A DNA stretch of 63,655 bases, the filler included, from Gemmatimonadota bacterium (lineage in GTDB: Bacteria > 4572-55 > J002), in NCBI GenBank assembly GCA_003697105.1. It is 6 parts of 6 records of this genome, joined end to end, with 100 filler letters (N's around TTAATTAATTAA, not from the genome) between each part and the next. Parts side by side here need not be neighbours in the genome. Positions count along the whole stretch, not along the records: positions 1 to 17,115 come from RFFQ01000141.1; 5 more parts are not named here. The stretch is one strand, 5' to 3'. Every line of letters begins with the position of its first letter. The stretch's first letter is position 1. The notes under the pieces are model-generated. The model saw only the letters and a list, made by a program, of their open reading frames with translations. It was not told the DNA's origin and searched no databases. The translations under genes were made by a program, and so were the position numbers. Of the stretch, positions 1 to 10,258 are shown piece after piece.

Positions 1-56
1 GACCCCGATATAAAAATGTCTATTCATAACATAGGGGGTGCGGAATGTCGGTTGTA

Positions 57-1979
57 TTATCGCAACAAGATCATTGGTTTGCTGATGGTTTGGTTTGGTG
101 TGACCAGCCGGTAGCTGTACATTCCACTGGCAACGGCTTCACCTTGCTGATTCTTACCATCCCAATATACGGTGTATGAGCCGGCGGTATGGGACTGATC
201 CACTAAAGTGCGAATCAATTCTCCTTTCAGATTGTAAATACCCAATTTTACCGGGCTGGCTTGTGCCAGATCGTAGCGGATCGTGGTTTGGGGGTTGAAC
301 GGGTTCGGGTAATTCTGATGGAGACTCGCGATTTTCGGTACGGCGGTACTTTGTTGTTCTACGGGCACAGAGGTGTACCACTCTACGGGCTGGTAGGGTG
401 CTCGCACGTACAAAATATCATGCGGGAATGCCGGTGCAGAGCCTTCTGCGCCGTAAGACAGGTTAAACATCACATCCAACCCCCAGCCAGCCTGAGCGTG
501 GCTATGGGTGGTCGGTCCCGGTATTTTTGCCGAAATGCCCGCGCTGGTATCGCCAGCATCGCTGTACAGGACACCGGGGGCACTCCACCAATCTTCACCG
601 TCCTCATCTCCGCCCATCCAATGGAAGTAACTCATGCGGACTTCAGTCGCATCACCTAAACCAACACCCCAATCACCTTCTTCGGTCAAACCAATCAAGA
701 CGGTGTCCCAACTGGTATAGACCAGATATAAATTGTCATCCTCATCAATTGCCATCGACCCTGCACCGGCAAGCCCTTCGTGCAATGTATCTGCAAAGAC
801 CTTTTGGGGAGTTGTCCAGGCGCTCATATCGCGGGGGTTTTGGCTGCGGCAGTAATACATCAACCCACCAAAACCAACATCGTAATATCCGCTAAGTAGC
901 CCTTGATCCAAGTCTGCCGGCGCAATGGGATTGGCATACGTTACCACATGGATATATCCCTGCTGGTCCACAACCACATTCGGGAAACAGGGTGCTAGCC
1001 AGCCATTATCTGGGTTGACCTCTTCGGGACTCTCGTAGGGATAGTAAAAATGCTCTGGACCGCCAATCAAAACGGTTTCCCCTTCATCCAAGGCGGCAGG
1101 TTCCCAGGTCTCGGTTTCATGGTCAAACCGTTTACCGCGCATGTCGGGCCACCCGTCCCCGTTGACATCTCCATGCCAAAACAGATACGCATCGTGTGTG
1201 ACCGGATCAACTGCGATATGCGGGAAATTCTCGCCCCGATTCGTGGGGTCACCCACAACTTGGGTCAAACCCTGCCATTCACCTGCCTGATTCTTCCAGT
1301 CAAAATAGAGATTACCTGCCGAGTTATACCGGTAAAACCCCAAATAGATTTCGTCAAGAGAGTTGACTCGCGCCATGGGGAAGGAAAATCCGCGTTCCGA
1401 AGGCAGGTTGAGGTTGCCTTCGTACGTCCACGCTTGGAGGAGGTGATCATAAGTCAAATATGCCATTTGGAGCGAATTGCGGTCACTGGGTGTAGGTACG
1501 GTGGTATAGGCAAAAAACGCATGCACAATCCCATCAGAGGTCACCGCCAGAGTTTTGCGCCGCACACCGGTGGGTTCAATGGGAGCGAGTACACCCAGCA
1601 AAGATTGGTGGTCCCAAAACTGAAAGTCCGATGTCCACGAGCCATAGCGTAAGTCTGTTGCGGTGGACTCATCGTTATCACCGCTTTCAAACAGGGACAT
1701 GACATCATCCGAGCCGGTAATCCGAACTACCTGCGGGATGTAGCCGTAGATTAGCGGGTAGTTGGCGAAGCTATTGCCATACATAATATCTTCCGCGACC
1801 ACATTGACTCCCTCCGGTGGAGGGGTGCGCAACATCGCTCCGGGCGTTCGGGGTGCGGACTGTACGGCATCTTCTGCCGGATTCGCCACGAAAGTTTGTG
1901 CCGGATGCTCAATTGTGCGGGCAGACACGACTCCCACACCGAACACCAAACACCACAGGAACAGCCTAAATGACTTCAT
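57..1979 (-). CDS. Secreted protein with C-terminal FlgD-Ig/T9SS type A-like sorting domain
   Basis: ATG at 1979 follows RBS AAGGAGG. Signal peptide MKSFRLFLWCLVFGVGVVSA. Acidic Trp/Gly-rich body of unknown fold. C-terminus LHQNYPNPFNPQTTIRY...WDGKNQQGEAVASGMYSYRL. Confidence 0.85.
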   Translation of the reverse strand: MKSFRLFLWCLVFGVGVVSARTIEHPAQTFVANPAEDAVQSAPRTPGAMLRTPPPEGVNVVAEDIMYGNSFANYPLIYGYIPQVVRITGSDDVMSLFESGDNDESTATDLRYGSWTSDFQFWDHQSLLGVLAPIEPTGVRRKTLAVTSDGIVHAFFAYTTVPTPSDRNSLQMAYLTYDHLLQAWTYEGNLNLPSERGFSFPMARVNSLDEIYLGFYRYNSAGNLYFDWKNQAGEWQGLTQVVGDPTNRGENFPHIAVDPVTHDAYLFWHGDVNGDGWPDMRGKRFDHETETWEPAALDEGETVLIGGPEHFYYPYESPEEVNPDNGWLAPCFPNVVVDQQGYIHVVTYANPIAPADLDQGLLSGYYDVGFGGLMYYCRSQNPRDMSAWTTPQKVFADTLHEGLAGAGSMAIDEDDNLYLVYTSWDTVLIGLTEEGDWGVGLGDATEVRMSYFHWMGGDEDGEDWWSAPGVLYSDAGDTSAGISAKIPGPTTHSHAQAGWGLDVMFNLSYGAEGSAPAFPHDILYVRAPYQPVEWYTSVPVEQQSTAVPKIASLHQNYPNPFNPQTTIRYDLAQASPVKLGIYNLKGELIRTLVDQSHTAGSYTVYWDGKNQQGEAVASGMYSYRLVTPNQTISKPMILLR

Positions 1980-2016
1980 GAAACCTCCTTTGGGTGTTGT
2001 GAAAAAATGAAAAAGG

Positions 2017-2778
2017 TTAAAAGACGGGTAATTCTCTGCCAACAGGCAACAGAGTTTTTGCCGTGAACTGTACGTGATCCGGCATTAATTCGTAAATCCA
2101 GTAGGGATGCGGGCGTTCACAGAACGCCGGAATCACGGCGAAGGTGGTCGTACCGGTCTGAAACGGTTTGACACCGGAGTGATAATGCCCGCTGAGCACC
2201 AAGCGCACTTTGCCGCTATGGACGATCTGATCCTGCAAGACGGCAGCATCGCGGTAGTTATGCGGGTATTCATGATCGATTTCCGGCGCAATAACAAAAT
2301 GTTGGATGTGGATTTGGGGGCGGGGGTCATCGTCTTGCAAAACCCGCTCAAAACGGTCGCGTTGTTCCCCCACGCGTTCCGGTACGTGATCGGCGGCTTC
2401 GGCGTCGCAAAACGTGATGATGCGATACCCTTGAATCGTATGTTCTACCGGCAAATCCCCAAAAACGGCGTGATATACCTCATATTGATCGTGATTACCG
2501 GGCAACACCACGTACGGAAAATCAAGCGGGTAGAGCATATCCGCAATGACGTACAAATCGGCTTCCGCTTGAGCTTGCCGCTCGGGGTTGTCCATTTCGT
2601 CCAAGGGATAATCCAGCAGATCGCCACTAATCACCAGCAGGTCAGGGTCTTCAAACTGAATTTGGCGCAGGAGTTCATGGAGGCGGTCTGGCATTTCTCG
2701 ACTTTTACGGTACGGAAAATCGGAGGTACCCGGTAGGTGATCCCGCAGATGCAAATCCGAAACATGTACAATTTTCAT
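2017..2778 (-). CDS. Calcineurin-like metallophosphoesterase (CpdA/Icc-like)
   Basis: Motifs HVSDLH, SGDL, PGNHD, H and SGHYH. ATG at 2778 follows GGAGA. Confidence 0.88.
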   Translation of the reverse strand: MKIVHVSDLHLRDHLPGTSDFPYRKSREMPDRLHELLRQIQFEDPDLLVISGDLLDYPLDEMDNPERQAQAEADLYVIADMLYPLDFPYVVLPGNHDQYEVYHAVFGDLPVEHTIQGYRIITFCDAEAADHVPERVGEQRDRFERVLQDDDPRPQIHIQHFVIAPEIDHEYPHNYRDAAVLQDQIVHSGKVRLVLSGHYHSGVKPFQTGTTTFAVIPAFCERPHPYWIYELMPDHVQFTAKTLLPVGRELPVF

Positions 2779-2805
2779 AGATGTTGTTTCTCCTTCCACA
2801 GTTGC

Positions 2806-3609
2806 CTAGCCGTTAATGATGCGGATGCTTGCGCTAGCCCCTAACCGGTTGGCGCCGGCTTCAATCAAGGAGATGGCATCTTGCCGGGTCCGGATGCCGC
2901 CGGAGGCTTTCACCCCGAGCGTATTTCCGACGGTTTGTCTCATTAACTGAACATCGGCGACCGTGGCACCTCCAGAAGCAAAGCCGGTGGAGGTCTTGAC
3001 AAAATCGGCTCCGGCGGCTTTTGCCAGTTGGCAGGCAACCACTTTCTCATCATCGGTGAGCAGAGCGGTCTCAATGATGACTTTGCACAAGGCGTTGTAG
3101 CCGTAGCATGTTTCCACCACGCCTTGAATATCCGCCATAACCCATTCATAATTGCCGGCTTTTAGTGCCCCGATGGGGAGCACCATATCGATTTCGTCTG
3201 CTCCGGCAAGGAGGGCTATTTCGGCTTCCATGACTTTGATTTCGGGCAGATTTGCCCCCAGTGGAAAGCCGACGACGGTGCACACCTTAACGTCACTTTC
3301 TTCCAGCAGTTGCGACGCCAACGGCACAAACCCGGAATTGACACAAACGGAGTAAAACCCGTGTGTGACCGCTTCTTCACAAAGTTGCCGGATATGATCC
3401 GATGTGGCATCCGGTTTCAACAGCGTATGGTCAATAATACCGGCAATATTCTGGATCAGTGTCGCCGGATCGGATTCCACCGGCGGCAGTAACGTGCCTG
3501 CCAGCAAGTAAAGGGGGGGAATATACTCATTCATTTCGGGGTCATGGTGGTGATGATCGGGATCATGATGCTCGGGATGACAATCACAAGAATGGGTGTG
3601 GTCATGCAT
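2806..3609 (-). CDS. deoC: Deoxyribose-phosphate aldolase with His-rich N-terminal extension
   Basis: [53 protein letters not shown] before ATG 3609. Confidence 0.95.
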   Translation of the reverse strand: MHDHTHSCDCHPEHHDPDHHHHDPEMNEYIPPLYLLAGTLLPPVESDPATLIQNIAGIIDHTLLKPDATSDHIRQLCEEAVTHGFYSVCVNSGFVPLASQLLEESDVKVCTVVGFPLGANLPEIKVMEAEIALLAGADEIDMVLPIGALKAGNYEWVMADIQGVVETCYGYNALCKVIIETALLTDDEKVVACQLAKAAGADFVKTSTGFASGGATVADVQLMRQTVGNTLGVKASGGIRTRQDAISLIEAGANRLGASASIRIING

Positions 3610-3631
3610 GGGATACCTCCTTCAGTGGGGG

Positions 3632-4378
3632 TTAGGGTGATGATGGATTTTTGGATTCAGGTTGATTTGGGGGAGGTTCGGCGTGGTGTTGGGGTGGAAA
3701 AAGCCAACCCCCCCGCCGCCACTCTTTCCAGAAGTCGAATGCCGAAGCAATAATTGCCAGTAGGATATGCCAAGGACGGATTTTGAAGGTTAATTCAACA
3801 TCTCCTTCGTAGCCGGCTTGCTGAAAATTCGGTGTCAGGTTCACATATGCCTGGCGCGGAAAGAACGGGCGTAGGGATTCGATCACCCCAAACGCCGTAC
3901 CGGTTTGCGCCGGATTATGAAGTCCGTAGGTTCCGTCAATGGTGATATTATCAATCTGGAAAGGTTTCACCAATCGTTTTAACGTTCGTAGGACTTCATC
4001 ATAATATTTTTTCGTCATGTCAACGGCAAATTCAATATCCTCGCGAGTAATTTCCGGGAGTTCGAGTTCTCGCAGTTTGGTGACTCGCTCTTCAAGTGTA
4101 ACCGGTTTGACCTCTTTTCTTTGTTTTCGTCGCGCAATTTGTTGACGTAGTGCCCGTTCACGAGCGATCCGGATCACGTAGGCGGTGTCCCGCTCAAATA
4201 GGGCACCGACACCAAATAATCCTTCAAAATACGTGAAGGTTACGCGAAATTGATGGTATTCTTTTCGCCGGTGGGCAAAGGTGATATAAATCGGTGTGAG
4301 CAGGAAAAGGATGCCCGTGAGTCCGATCAGTGCCAATGGAATGAATAGCAGCCAGAATAAAAGGGTCAGAATCATCAT
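3632..4378 (-). CDS. DUF2953-like membrane-anchored protein
   Basis: N-terminal TM helix and motif GLHNPAQTGTAFG...LTPNF. Start uncertain; the track gives a longer ORF up to 4486. Confidence 0.55.
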   Translation of the reverse strand: MMILTLLFWLLFIPLALIGLTGILFLLTPIYITFAHRRKEYHQFRVTFTYFEGLFGVGALFERDTAYVIRIARERALRQQIARRKQRKEVKPVTLEERVTKLRELELPEITREDIEFAVDMTKKYYDEVLRTLKRLVKPFQIDNITIDGTYGLHNPAQTGTAFGVIESLRPFFPRQAYVNLTPNFQQAGYEGDVELTFKIRPWHILLAIIASAFDFWKEWRRGGWLFPPQHHAEPPPNQPESKNPSSP

Positions 4379-4669
4379 TTGGGGTTTCTGGGGGTCATTG
4401 AAATGGTGTTTTGGCGAATATACCATGTATTTTAACAAAGCGTCAAGATAAATTCCCGAAGATTCTATTCGCATCGTGCGGATCAACGTGTGCCAAATTT
4501 CGGCGATTCCGAATTTTTAGCTTGTGGTTTTGTCTTGAATTTACTAGGATATTACCTGAAAATGGTTTATTGTCCCAATTTCCCCTGAGCGGTGTTTTTG
4601 CTGGAGACCGGTATATCAAATGAGGCACCTCCGGTGGAACCGCCAACGAACCCTCTTCATGAAAGACAT

Positions 4670-5896
4670 ATGCGAGACCAACAAAAAAACCGAGCTCAAT
4701 TGATTGCCGAATTGAACCAACTCCGCGAGGAAAATGCGAAATTGCACCGAGCGACTCGCAATTTTGAACTGCTACAAAAAGTGGTTGAACAAAACGAAAC
4801 ACATCTTCTCCTACTCCAACAAAGTGCCCATATTGGTATCTGGCAGTGGGACTCGAAGGAAAATCATATAACCTTGACCCCTCTGCTGTGTAATATCTTG
4901 CAGATACAATCGCCTGTTCCGGTAGATGATTATCTGGCACACGTCCACCCGGCAGATCGGGAGACCGTGCAGGCATGGCTAGAAGCCTTGTTCCATCCGG
5001 CAGAGTTACCCCCGCCGGTAGAGTACCGTTGGATGTTGCCGGATGGGATGGGAGTACGGTGGCTCCAGAAATACCCGTTCGCGGAGCAAACATCTACCCC
5101 GAATATCCCCTCTATGCGCGGTATTTTGCATGACATTACGGCGTTTAAATCCACCGAGATAACCTTAAAACAAACCGCAGAACAGTTCCAGTCCATATTT
5201 CGGCAACATCCCTGTAGTTTTATCCTGTTTGAAGTCCAGTTCAACACCCAGCACCAACCGTGCGATTACGTTATCGTAGATTTGAATCCGGCATGTGAAG
5301 CCCTCACCGGATTGAATCGTGAGACGGCGATTGGGCACAATATCCTACAGTTAGTACCAGACCTTAATCCCCAATTGTTAGTGGTTGCCCGGAAGACCGT
5401 CTTAACCAAAACGGCGCACCATTGCGAGTATTACTCGGAGTTACTGGATAAATATTTGTGGGTACAGTTCTTCCAACCCCAGCCCCATCTGCTGTGCCTG
5501 ATGTTTGTGGATTTGAACCTTGATTTCCGGCAGACCCCCTCTGAGGAGACAGAAGCGTACCAACGCTTTTTTGAGAATAGCCCCTTTGTGATGCTCATCA
5601 TCGACCCGGAAAATGGGAATATCATTGAGGCAAATCCTGCCGCGTGCACGTTTTATGGATACCGGAGTGATGTCCTGATCTGCAAACGGATTCAGGATAT
5701 TAACACTCTCAGTGAGGATCAAATTGCGCTCGAAATGGATCAGGCACGACAGGAAAAACGAGATTATTTTAAATTTAAGCACCGGATTGCCTCCGGTGAG
5801 GTCGTGGAGGTGGAGGTGTACAGCCGCCCGATCCGGCTGTTTGGGCGGACATTGCTCTATTCGATTATCATCCCCACCCGTGATGAAATGCCATGA
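4670..5896 (+). CDS. Multi-PAS domain protein with no output domain
   Basis: N-terminal coiled coil (KNRAQLIAEL), then three PAS/PAC-like domains (IGIWQWD..VHPADR; NPACEALTG; EANPAACTFYGY..HRIASG). Stop overlaps the next ATG (ATGA). Confidence 0.8.
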   Translation: MRDQQKNRAQLIAELNQLREENAKLHRATRNFELLQKVVEQNETHLLLLQQSAHIGIWQWDSKENHITLTPLLCNILQIQSPVPVDDYLAHVHPADRETVQAWLEALFHPAELPPPVEYRWMLPDGMGVRWLQKYPFAEQTSTPNIPSMRGILHDITAFKSTEITLKQTAEQFQSIFRQHPCSFILFEVQFNTQHQPCDYVIVDLNPACEALTGLNRETAIGHNILQLVPDLNPQLLVVARKTVLTKTAHHCEYYSELLDKYLWVQFFQPQPHLLCLMFVDLNLDFRQTPSEETEAYQRFFENSPFVMLIIDPENGNIIEANPAACTFYGYRSDVLICKRIQDINTLSEDQIALEMDQARQEKRDYFKFKHRIASGEVVEVEVYSRPIRLFGRTLLYSIIIPTRDEMP

Positions 5897-8800
5897 AAAA
5901 AGAAATTGCTCGCTTAAAACGTAAACTCAAAACGGCTTCCGGTAAAAAACGGCTTGATTTACTCAATGAATTAGCCAAACTGTGTTGGAATATCTCTGTT
6001 GAGGACGCCAAGCGGTACGCCGAAGAAGCGATCTTGCTTAGTGATGAATTGGATGATTCCGGTAGTAAGTTGCGGGCAATGCTGAACTTAGCAAGTTGCT
6101 ACTGGAGCGTGAATCACTTGGATAAGACCCTCCAAATTCTGTTAGATGCGTTGGCTCTCGCGGAGAATATCGGAGAACCGTTACCCCTGTATTTGACCCA
6201 GAACAACCTCGGTATCGTTTATTATGACCTGAAAAAATACGATAAAGCAAAGCACTTTTTTGAACGCGCTTTGGAAATCCACCAAAATAAACTGGATGAT
6301 GACCAGCAATTGACGCCGCTGTTGGTCAATTTGGGGAATTTAGAGATTGAGTTTGGCCATCCCCCCAATGCGCTAGAGTACTATCAACGTGCTTTGCAAC
6401 TTGCAAAAACCGCTGAAGATTGGAATCGAGTCATAATCTGTCTAAACAATATCGGTAGTTACTACAAGAAGCACACCACCGACTATGAAGAGGCACTGCA
6501 TTACTACCAGCAAGCGTTAGCGGTCAATGCGGATGACATGCCGCAAGGCAAAGCGCAGACCTTGGTTTATATGGGTGACCTATTTACGATATGGGGTAAA
6601 CCGGCAGAAGCACAAAAATATCTATCTGAGGGATTGGAGCTAAGCCAGCAATTAGACCGGAAAGATTTGATTCAGATTGCCTATAGCAGCCTTTCGCGCA
6701 TGTATGCCACTACCGGCGACTACCAACGGGCTTTGGAATGCTACCAAAGTTATGTTGCGGTTAAAGATGAAGTTCTGAATCAGGAGACCGCCGCACGAAT
6801 TGCGGAAATGGAAGCCCGGTACGAATCCCAGCGCCGGGAACAGGAAGCCGAAATCTACCGGCTTAAAACTCAAGAATTGGAGCAGACGCTAGATCAATCT
6901 GAACGGTTGTTGCAAACGATCATCAACACCGTGCCGGATTGGATTTACATCAAAGACCCGCAGTTTCGTTATTTGCTGGTCAATAAGAGTTTTTGCGAGG
7001 CACTCAACAAACCGGCAGAGCAGATCATTGGCAAAACTGATTTAGAGTTGGGTTTCCCGGAAGAGTTGGTGTTCGGGGATGAAAGTGAAGCCTTGCGCGG
7101 ATTTCGGGTGGATGATGAAGCCGCTTTACAGGGAGAAACTCGCCACAATTCCTATGATGTGGCGCAGATTGGCGACGGTAGTATTCGCATTTTTGATACC
7201 TACAAAATGCCATTGTATAATAGCTCCGGGCAGATTTATGCCATTTTGAGCATCTCCCGGGATATTACGGAACTCAAGCAAGCGGAAGCCTCTCTCCGCG
7301 AAAGTGCCACCCGCCTGCAAATTGCCCTGCAAAACATACCGGTCATGCTGGATGCAATCGATCAAGATTTTAATATTGTCGCATGGAATGCCGAATGTGA
7401 GCGCATCACCGGCTACAGCGCCGCCGAAATTGTCGATAATCCCAAAGCAATGGAAATGCTCTATCCCGATCCAGAATACCGTAAAAAACTGTTTGCCGAG
7501 TGGCGTCAAATCTCCGGTGATTTCCGAGATATGGTCTCCACCTTGACGTGTAAAGATGGTACGGAACGAATTGTGGCGTGGTCTCATAACTCCATGAAGC
7601 ACATTTTGCCCGATTTGTTGCATTGGGAAGTTGGTATTGATATAACGGAACGCACCCGGGCGGAAGCGGAACTCCGCCAGCACCGGGATCAACTGGAAGA
7701 GATTATCAAAAAGCGAACGGCGGACCTCATGGAGGCAAAAGCCCGGGCGGAAGCGGCAAATCATGCTAAGAGTGCCTTTCTGGCAAATATGAGCCATGAA
7801 CTCCGCACCCCCCTAAACGGCATTTTGGGGTACGCCCAGATCATGAAACGGGATCAGAATTTGCCTAAAAAACATCGCAATGCCGTTGATATTATTCAAC
7901 GTAGCGGGGAGCATCTACTAACCTTAATTAATGATATTCTCGATCTCTCAAAAATCGAAGCCGGAAAGCTAGAACTTCAACCGGCGGAATTTAACTTTTT
8001 GCGTATGTTGAAAAATCTGGTTGATATGAAGCAAATTTTGGCAGAACATAAACAACTGGAATTTCATTACGACATCCTTTCGGGACTTCCTCAGATCGTC
8101 TTCGGAGATGAGAAGCGTATCCGGCAGATTTTACTCAACTTGATTAGTAATGCCATCAAATACACCCTTGAGGGGCACGTGACCTTCCGCGTGGGCTATC
8201 ATTACCAACGTATCCGCTTTGAGGTGGAAGATACCGGTATTGGGATTCCCAAAGATAAACTGGACGATATTTTTCAACCGTTCCATCAGGTCAGTGCCGC
8301 CGCCGCACGGTTGCAAGTGGAAGGTACCGGGTTAGGATTAGCAATTAGCCAACGTCTGGCGCAAAAAATGGGCAGTTGTATCTACGTGGAAAGTGAGGAA
8401 GGCCACGGCTCCAGATTTTGGTTTGATCTGGATTTGCCACCGGTTTCCCCCGAAAATTGGGTGATCGAAGATGAACCGGCAACGATTACCGGCTATTACG
8501 GTGAACAAAAACGCATCCTGGTTGCCGACGACAAACCGGAAAACCGGATTGTCTTTATGGATATGCTCTTGCCCTTGGGTTTTGAGGTCTTTGAAGCCGT
8601 TAATGGGCAAGATGCGATTGAACAAGCAGAGGCGTTACGTCCCGATGCCATCCTGATGGATTTTGTGATGCCCGTGATGGATGGTTTGGAGGCCACACGC
8701 TATATCCGGCAGCACCCCCAAATCAAGGATACCGTGATTATCATGGTCTCTGCCAGTGCCTTTGAACATACCCGGGAGGATAGCCGCGCCGCCGGGTGTA

Positions 8801-9135
8801 ATGACTTTCTCTCGAAACCGATCCGGCTTCATGAATTGCTGGAAATCTTGGGAGAACACCTGAAATTGGAGTGGATTTTTGCACCGATCCACTATACCGG
8901 AACGGAGGATATGGCGAACCTCGTACTCCCCCCACCGGCAGTCCTAAAAGACATTTATAATCTCGCAGATTTGGGAAATCCGGCAGGAATTGAAGCGGTA
9001 CTAGATACCCTGAAGGATAATCCCGAGTACCAGCCTTTTATTACTAGAATTCGAGAGTTATTACGCGGCTTTCAAACCGACGAAATTTGTACGTTAATCT
9101 CAGACCAAATAGGAGTACCGGAATGCCATGACTGA
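5893..9135 (+). CDS. Hybrid sensor histidine kinase: TPR array-PAS-PAS-HisKA-HATPase-REC
   Basis: TPR repeats (NNLGIVY, NLGNL, NNIGSY), H-box MSHELRTPL, N-box NLISNAIK, G-boxes DTGIGI and GTGLGL, REC LMDFVMP. Confidence 0.93.
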   Translation: MKKEIARLKRKLKTASGKKRLDLLNELAKLCWNISVEDAKRYAEEAILLSDELDDSGSKLRAMLNLASCYWSVNHLDKTLQILLDALALAENIGEPLPLYLTQNNLGIVYYDLKKYDKAKHFFERALEIHQNKLDDDQQLTPLLVNLGNLEIEFGHPPNALEYYQRALQLAKTAEDWNRVIICLNNIGSYYKKHTTDYEEALHYYQQALAVNADDMPQGKAQTLVYMGDLFTIWGKPAEAQKYLSEGLELSQQLDRKDLIQIAYSSLSRMYATTGDYQRALECYQSYVAVKDEVLNQETAARIAEMEARYESQRREQEAEIYRLKTQELEQTLDQSERLLQTIINTVPDWIYIKDPQFRYLLVNKSFCEALNKPAEQIIGKTDLELGFPEELVFGDESEALRGFRVDDEAALQGETRHNSYDVAQIGDGSIRIFDTYKMPLYNSSGQIYAILSISRDITELKQAEASLRESATRLQIALQNIPVMLDAIDQDFNIVAWNAECERITGYSAAEIVDNPKAMEMLYPDPEYRKKLFAEWRQISGDFRDMVSTLTCKDGTERIVAWSHNSMKHILPDLLHWEVGIDITERTRAEAELRQHRDQLEEIIKKRTADLMEAKARAEAANHAKSAFLANMSHELRTPLNGILGYAQIMKRDQNLPKKHRNAVDIIQRSGEHLLTLINDILDLSKIEAGKLELQPAEFNFLRMLKNLVDMKQILAEHKQLEFHYDILSGLPQIVFGDEKRIRQILLNLISNAIKYTLEGHVTFRVGYHYQRIRFEVEDTGIGIPKDKLDDIFQPFHQVSAAAARLQVEGTGLGLAISQRLAQKMGSCIYVESEEGHGSRFWFDLDLPPVSPENWVIEDEPATITGYYGEQKRILVADDKPENRIVFMDMLLPLGFEVFEAVNGQDAIEQAEALRPDAILMDFVMPVMDGLEATRYIRQHPQIKDTVIIMVSASAFEHTREDSRAAGCNDFLSKPIRLHELLEILGEHLKLEWIFAPIHYTGTEDMANLVLPPPAVLKDIYNLADLGNPAGIEAVLDTLKDNPEYQPFITRIRELLRGFQTDEICTLISDQIGVPECHD

Positions 9136-10258
9136 TCCAGCCGTGAAAGGTACGATTTTGATTGTCGATGACAATCCCACAAATCTTGCGGTGTTGTATG
9201 ATTATCTGAAAGAAGAAGGATTTGCCGTATTCATTGCTAAAAGTGGTGAAAAAGCAATCCAACAAGTAGAACGCATCAAACCGGATATTATCCTATTGGA
9301 TGTGCTTATGCCCGGTGGGATTGATGGCTTTGAAACGTGTCACCGTCTAAAAGCCAACCCGAATACCCGCGGCATTCCGGTGATTTTTATGACCGCGCTT
9401 TCCGATACGGTGGATAAAGTAAAGGGATTCAACGCCGGTGCGGTGGATTACGTCACCAAACCCTTCCAGCAGGAAGAAGTACTAGCACGAATCAACGCGC
9501 ATTTGACCATCCTCCGGCAACAAGCGATCATCAAAGAATTAAGCGAGAAAAAATTACAAGAACTCCGATTTAGCATCAGCCAATCCTTACCGCACGAATT
9601 ACGAACACCCCTAACGACGATTATGGGATACTCCCAACTAATAGCGGCGTTATCACCGGAAAAGTTGCTGGAAAATGCCCCCAAAGTCTCGGAGAGTATT
9701 TATCAAGCGTCCAAGCGCCTCTACCGGTTGATAGAAAACTATATTTTGTTCACCCGCGTTCAAGTTCTTTTGGCAGATGAGGCGGAACTGAATCAGTTGC
9801 GACAACAAGCCATTTATAACCCACAGGAAATCATCGAAAAACAGGCTCGTGACAAAGCGGCAGAAAAAAAACGAAAGAGCGATTTATCGCTACAGGTAGA
9901 GAATGCCCTCGTTTATATTACCGTGCCAAACCTTGAAAAAATTGTTCAAGAATTGGTCGATAATGCTTTTACCTTTTCCTCACCGGGGTCTCCGGTTGCG
10001 GTACAAGGCGCACGGCAGGGAGACTCCTATCTCATTACGATTACCGATGCAGGACATGGCATGAGTACCGAACAACTGAAAAATATCGGCGCTTACATGC
10101 AATTTGACCGGCATAAACACGAACAACAAGGCTCCGGGCTCGGATTGACTTTGGCAACACAACTGGTTGAACTTCACGGTGGAACATGCCAACTGGAGAG
10201 CGTCCCAGAACAAGGTACAACGGTGTATGTCCGCTTGAGGAGTGTCGTTCATGGCTAA
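9128..10258 (+). CDS. Hybrid response regulator/histidine kinase (REC-HisKA-HATPase)
   Basis: ILIVDD, LLDVLMP, KPF, LPHELRTPL, DNAFTFS, GSGLGL. Confidence 0.92.
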   Translation: MTDPAVKGTILIVDDNPTNLAVLYDYLKEEGFAVFIAKSGEKAIQQVERIKPDIILLDVLMPGGIDGFETCHRLKANPNTRGIPVIFMTALSDTVDKVKGFNAGAVDYVTKPFQQEEVLARINAHLTILRQQAIIKELSEKKLQELRFSISQSLPHELRTPLTTIMGYSQLIAALSPEKLLENAPKVSESIYQASKRLYRLIENYILFTRVQVLLADEAELNQLRQQAIYNPQEIIEKQARDKAAEKKRKSDLSLQVENALVYITVPNLEKIVQELVDNAFTFSSPGSPVAVQGARQGDSYLITITDAGHGMSTEQLKNIGAYMQFDRHKHEQQGSGLGLTLATQLVELHGGTCQLESVPEQGTTVYVRLRSVVHG

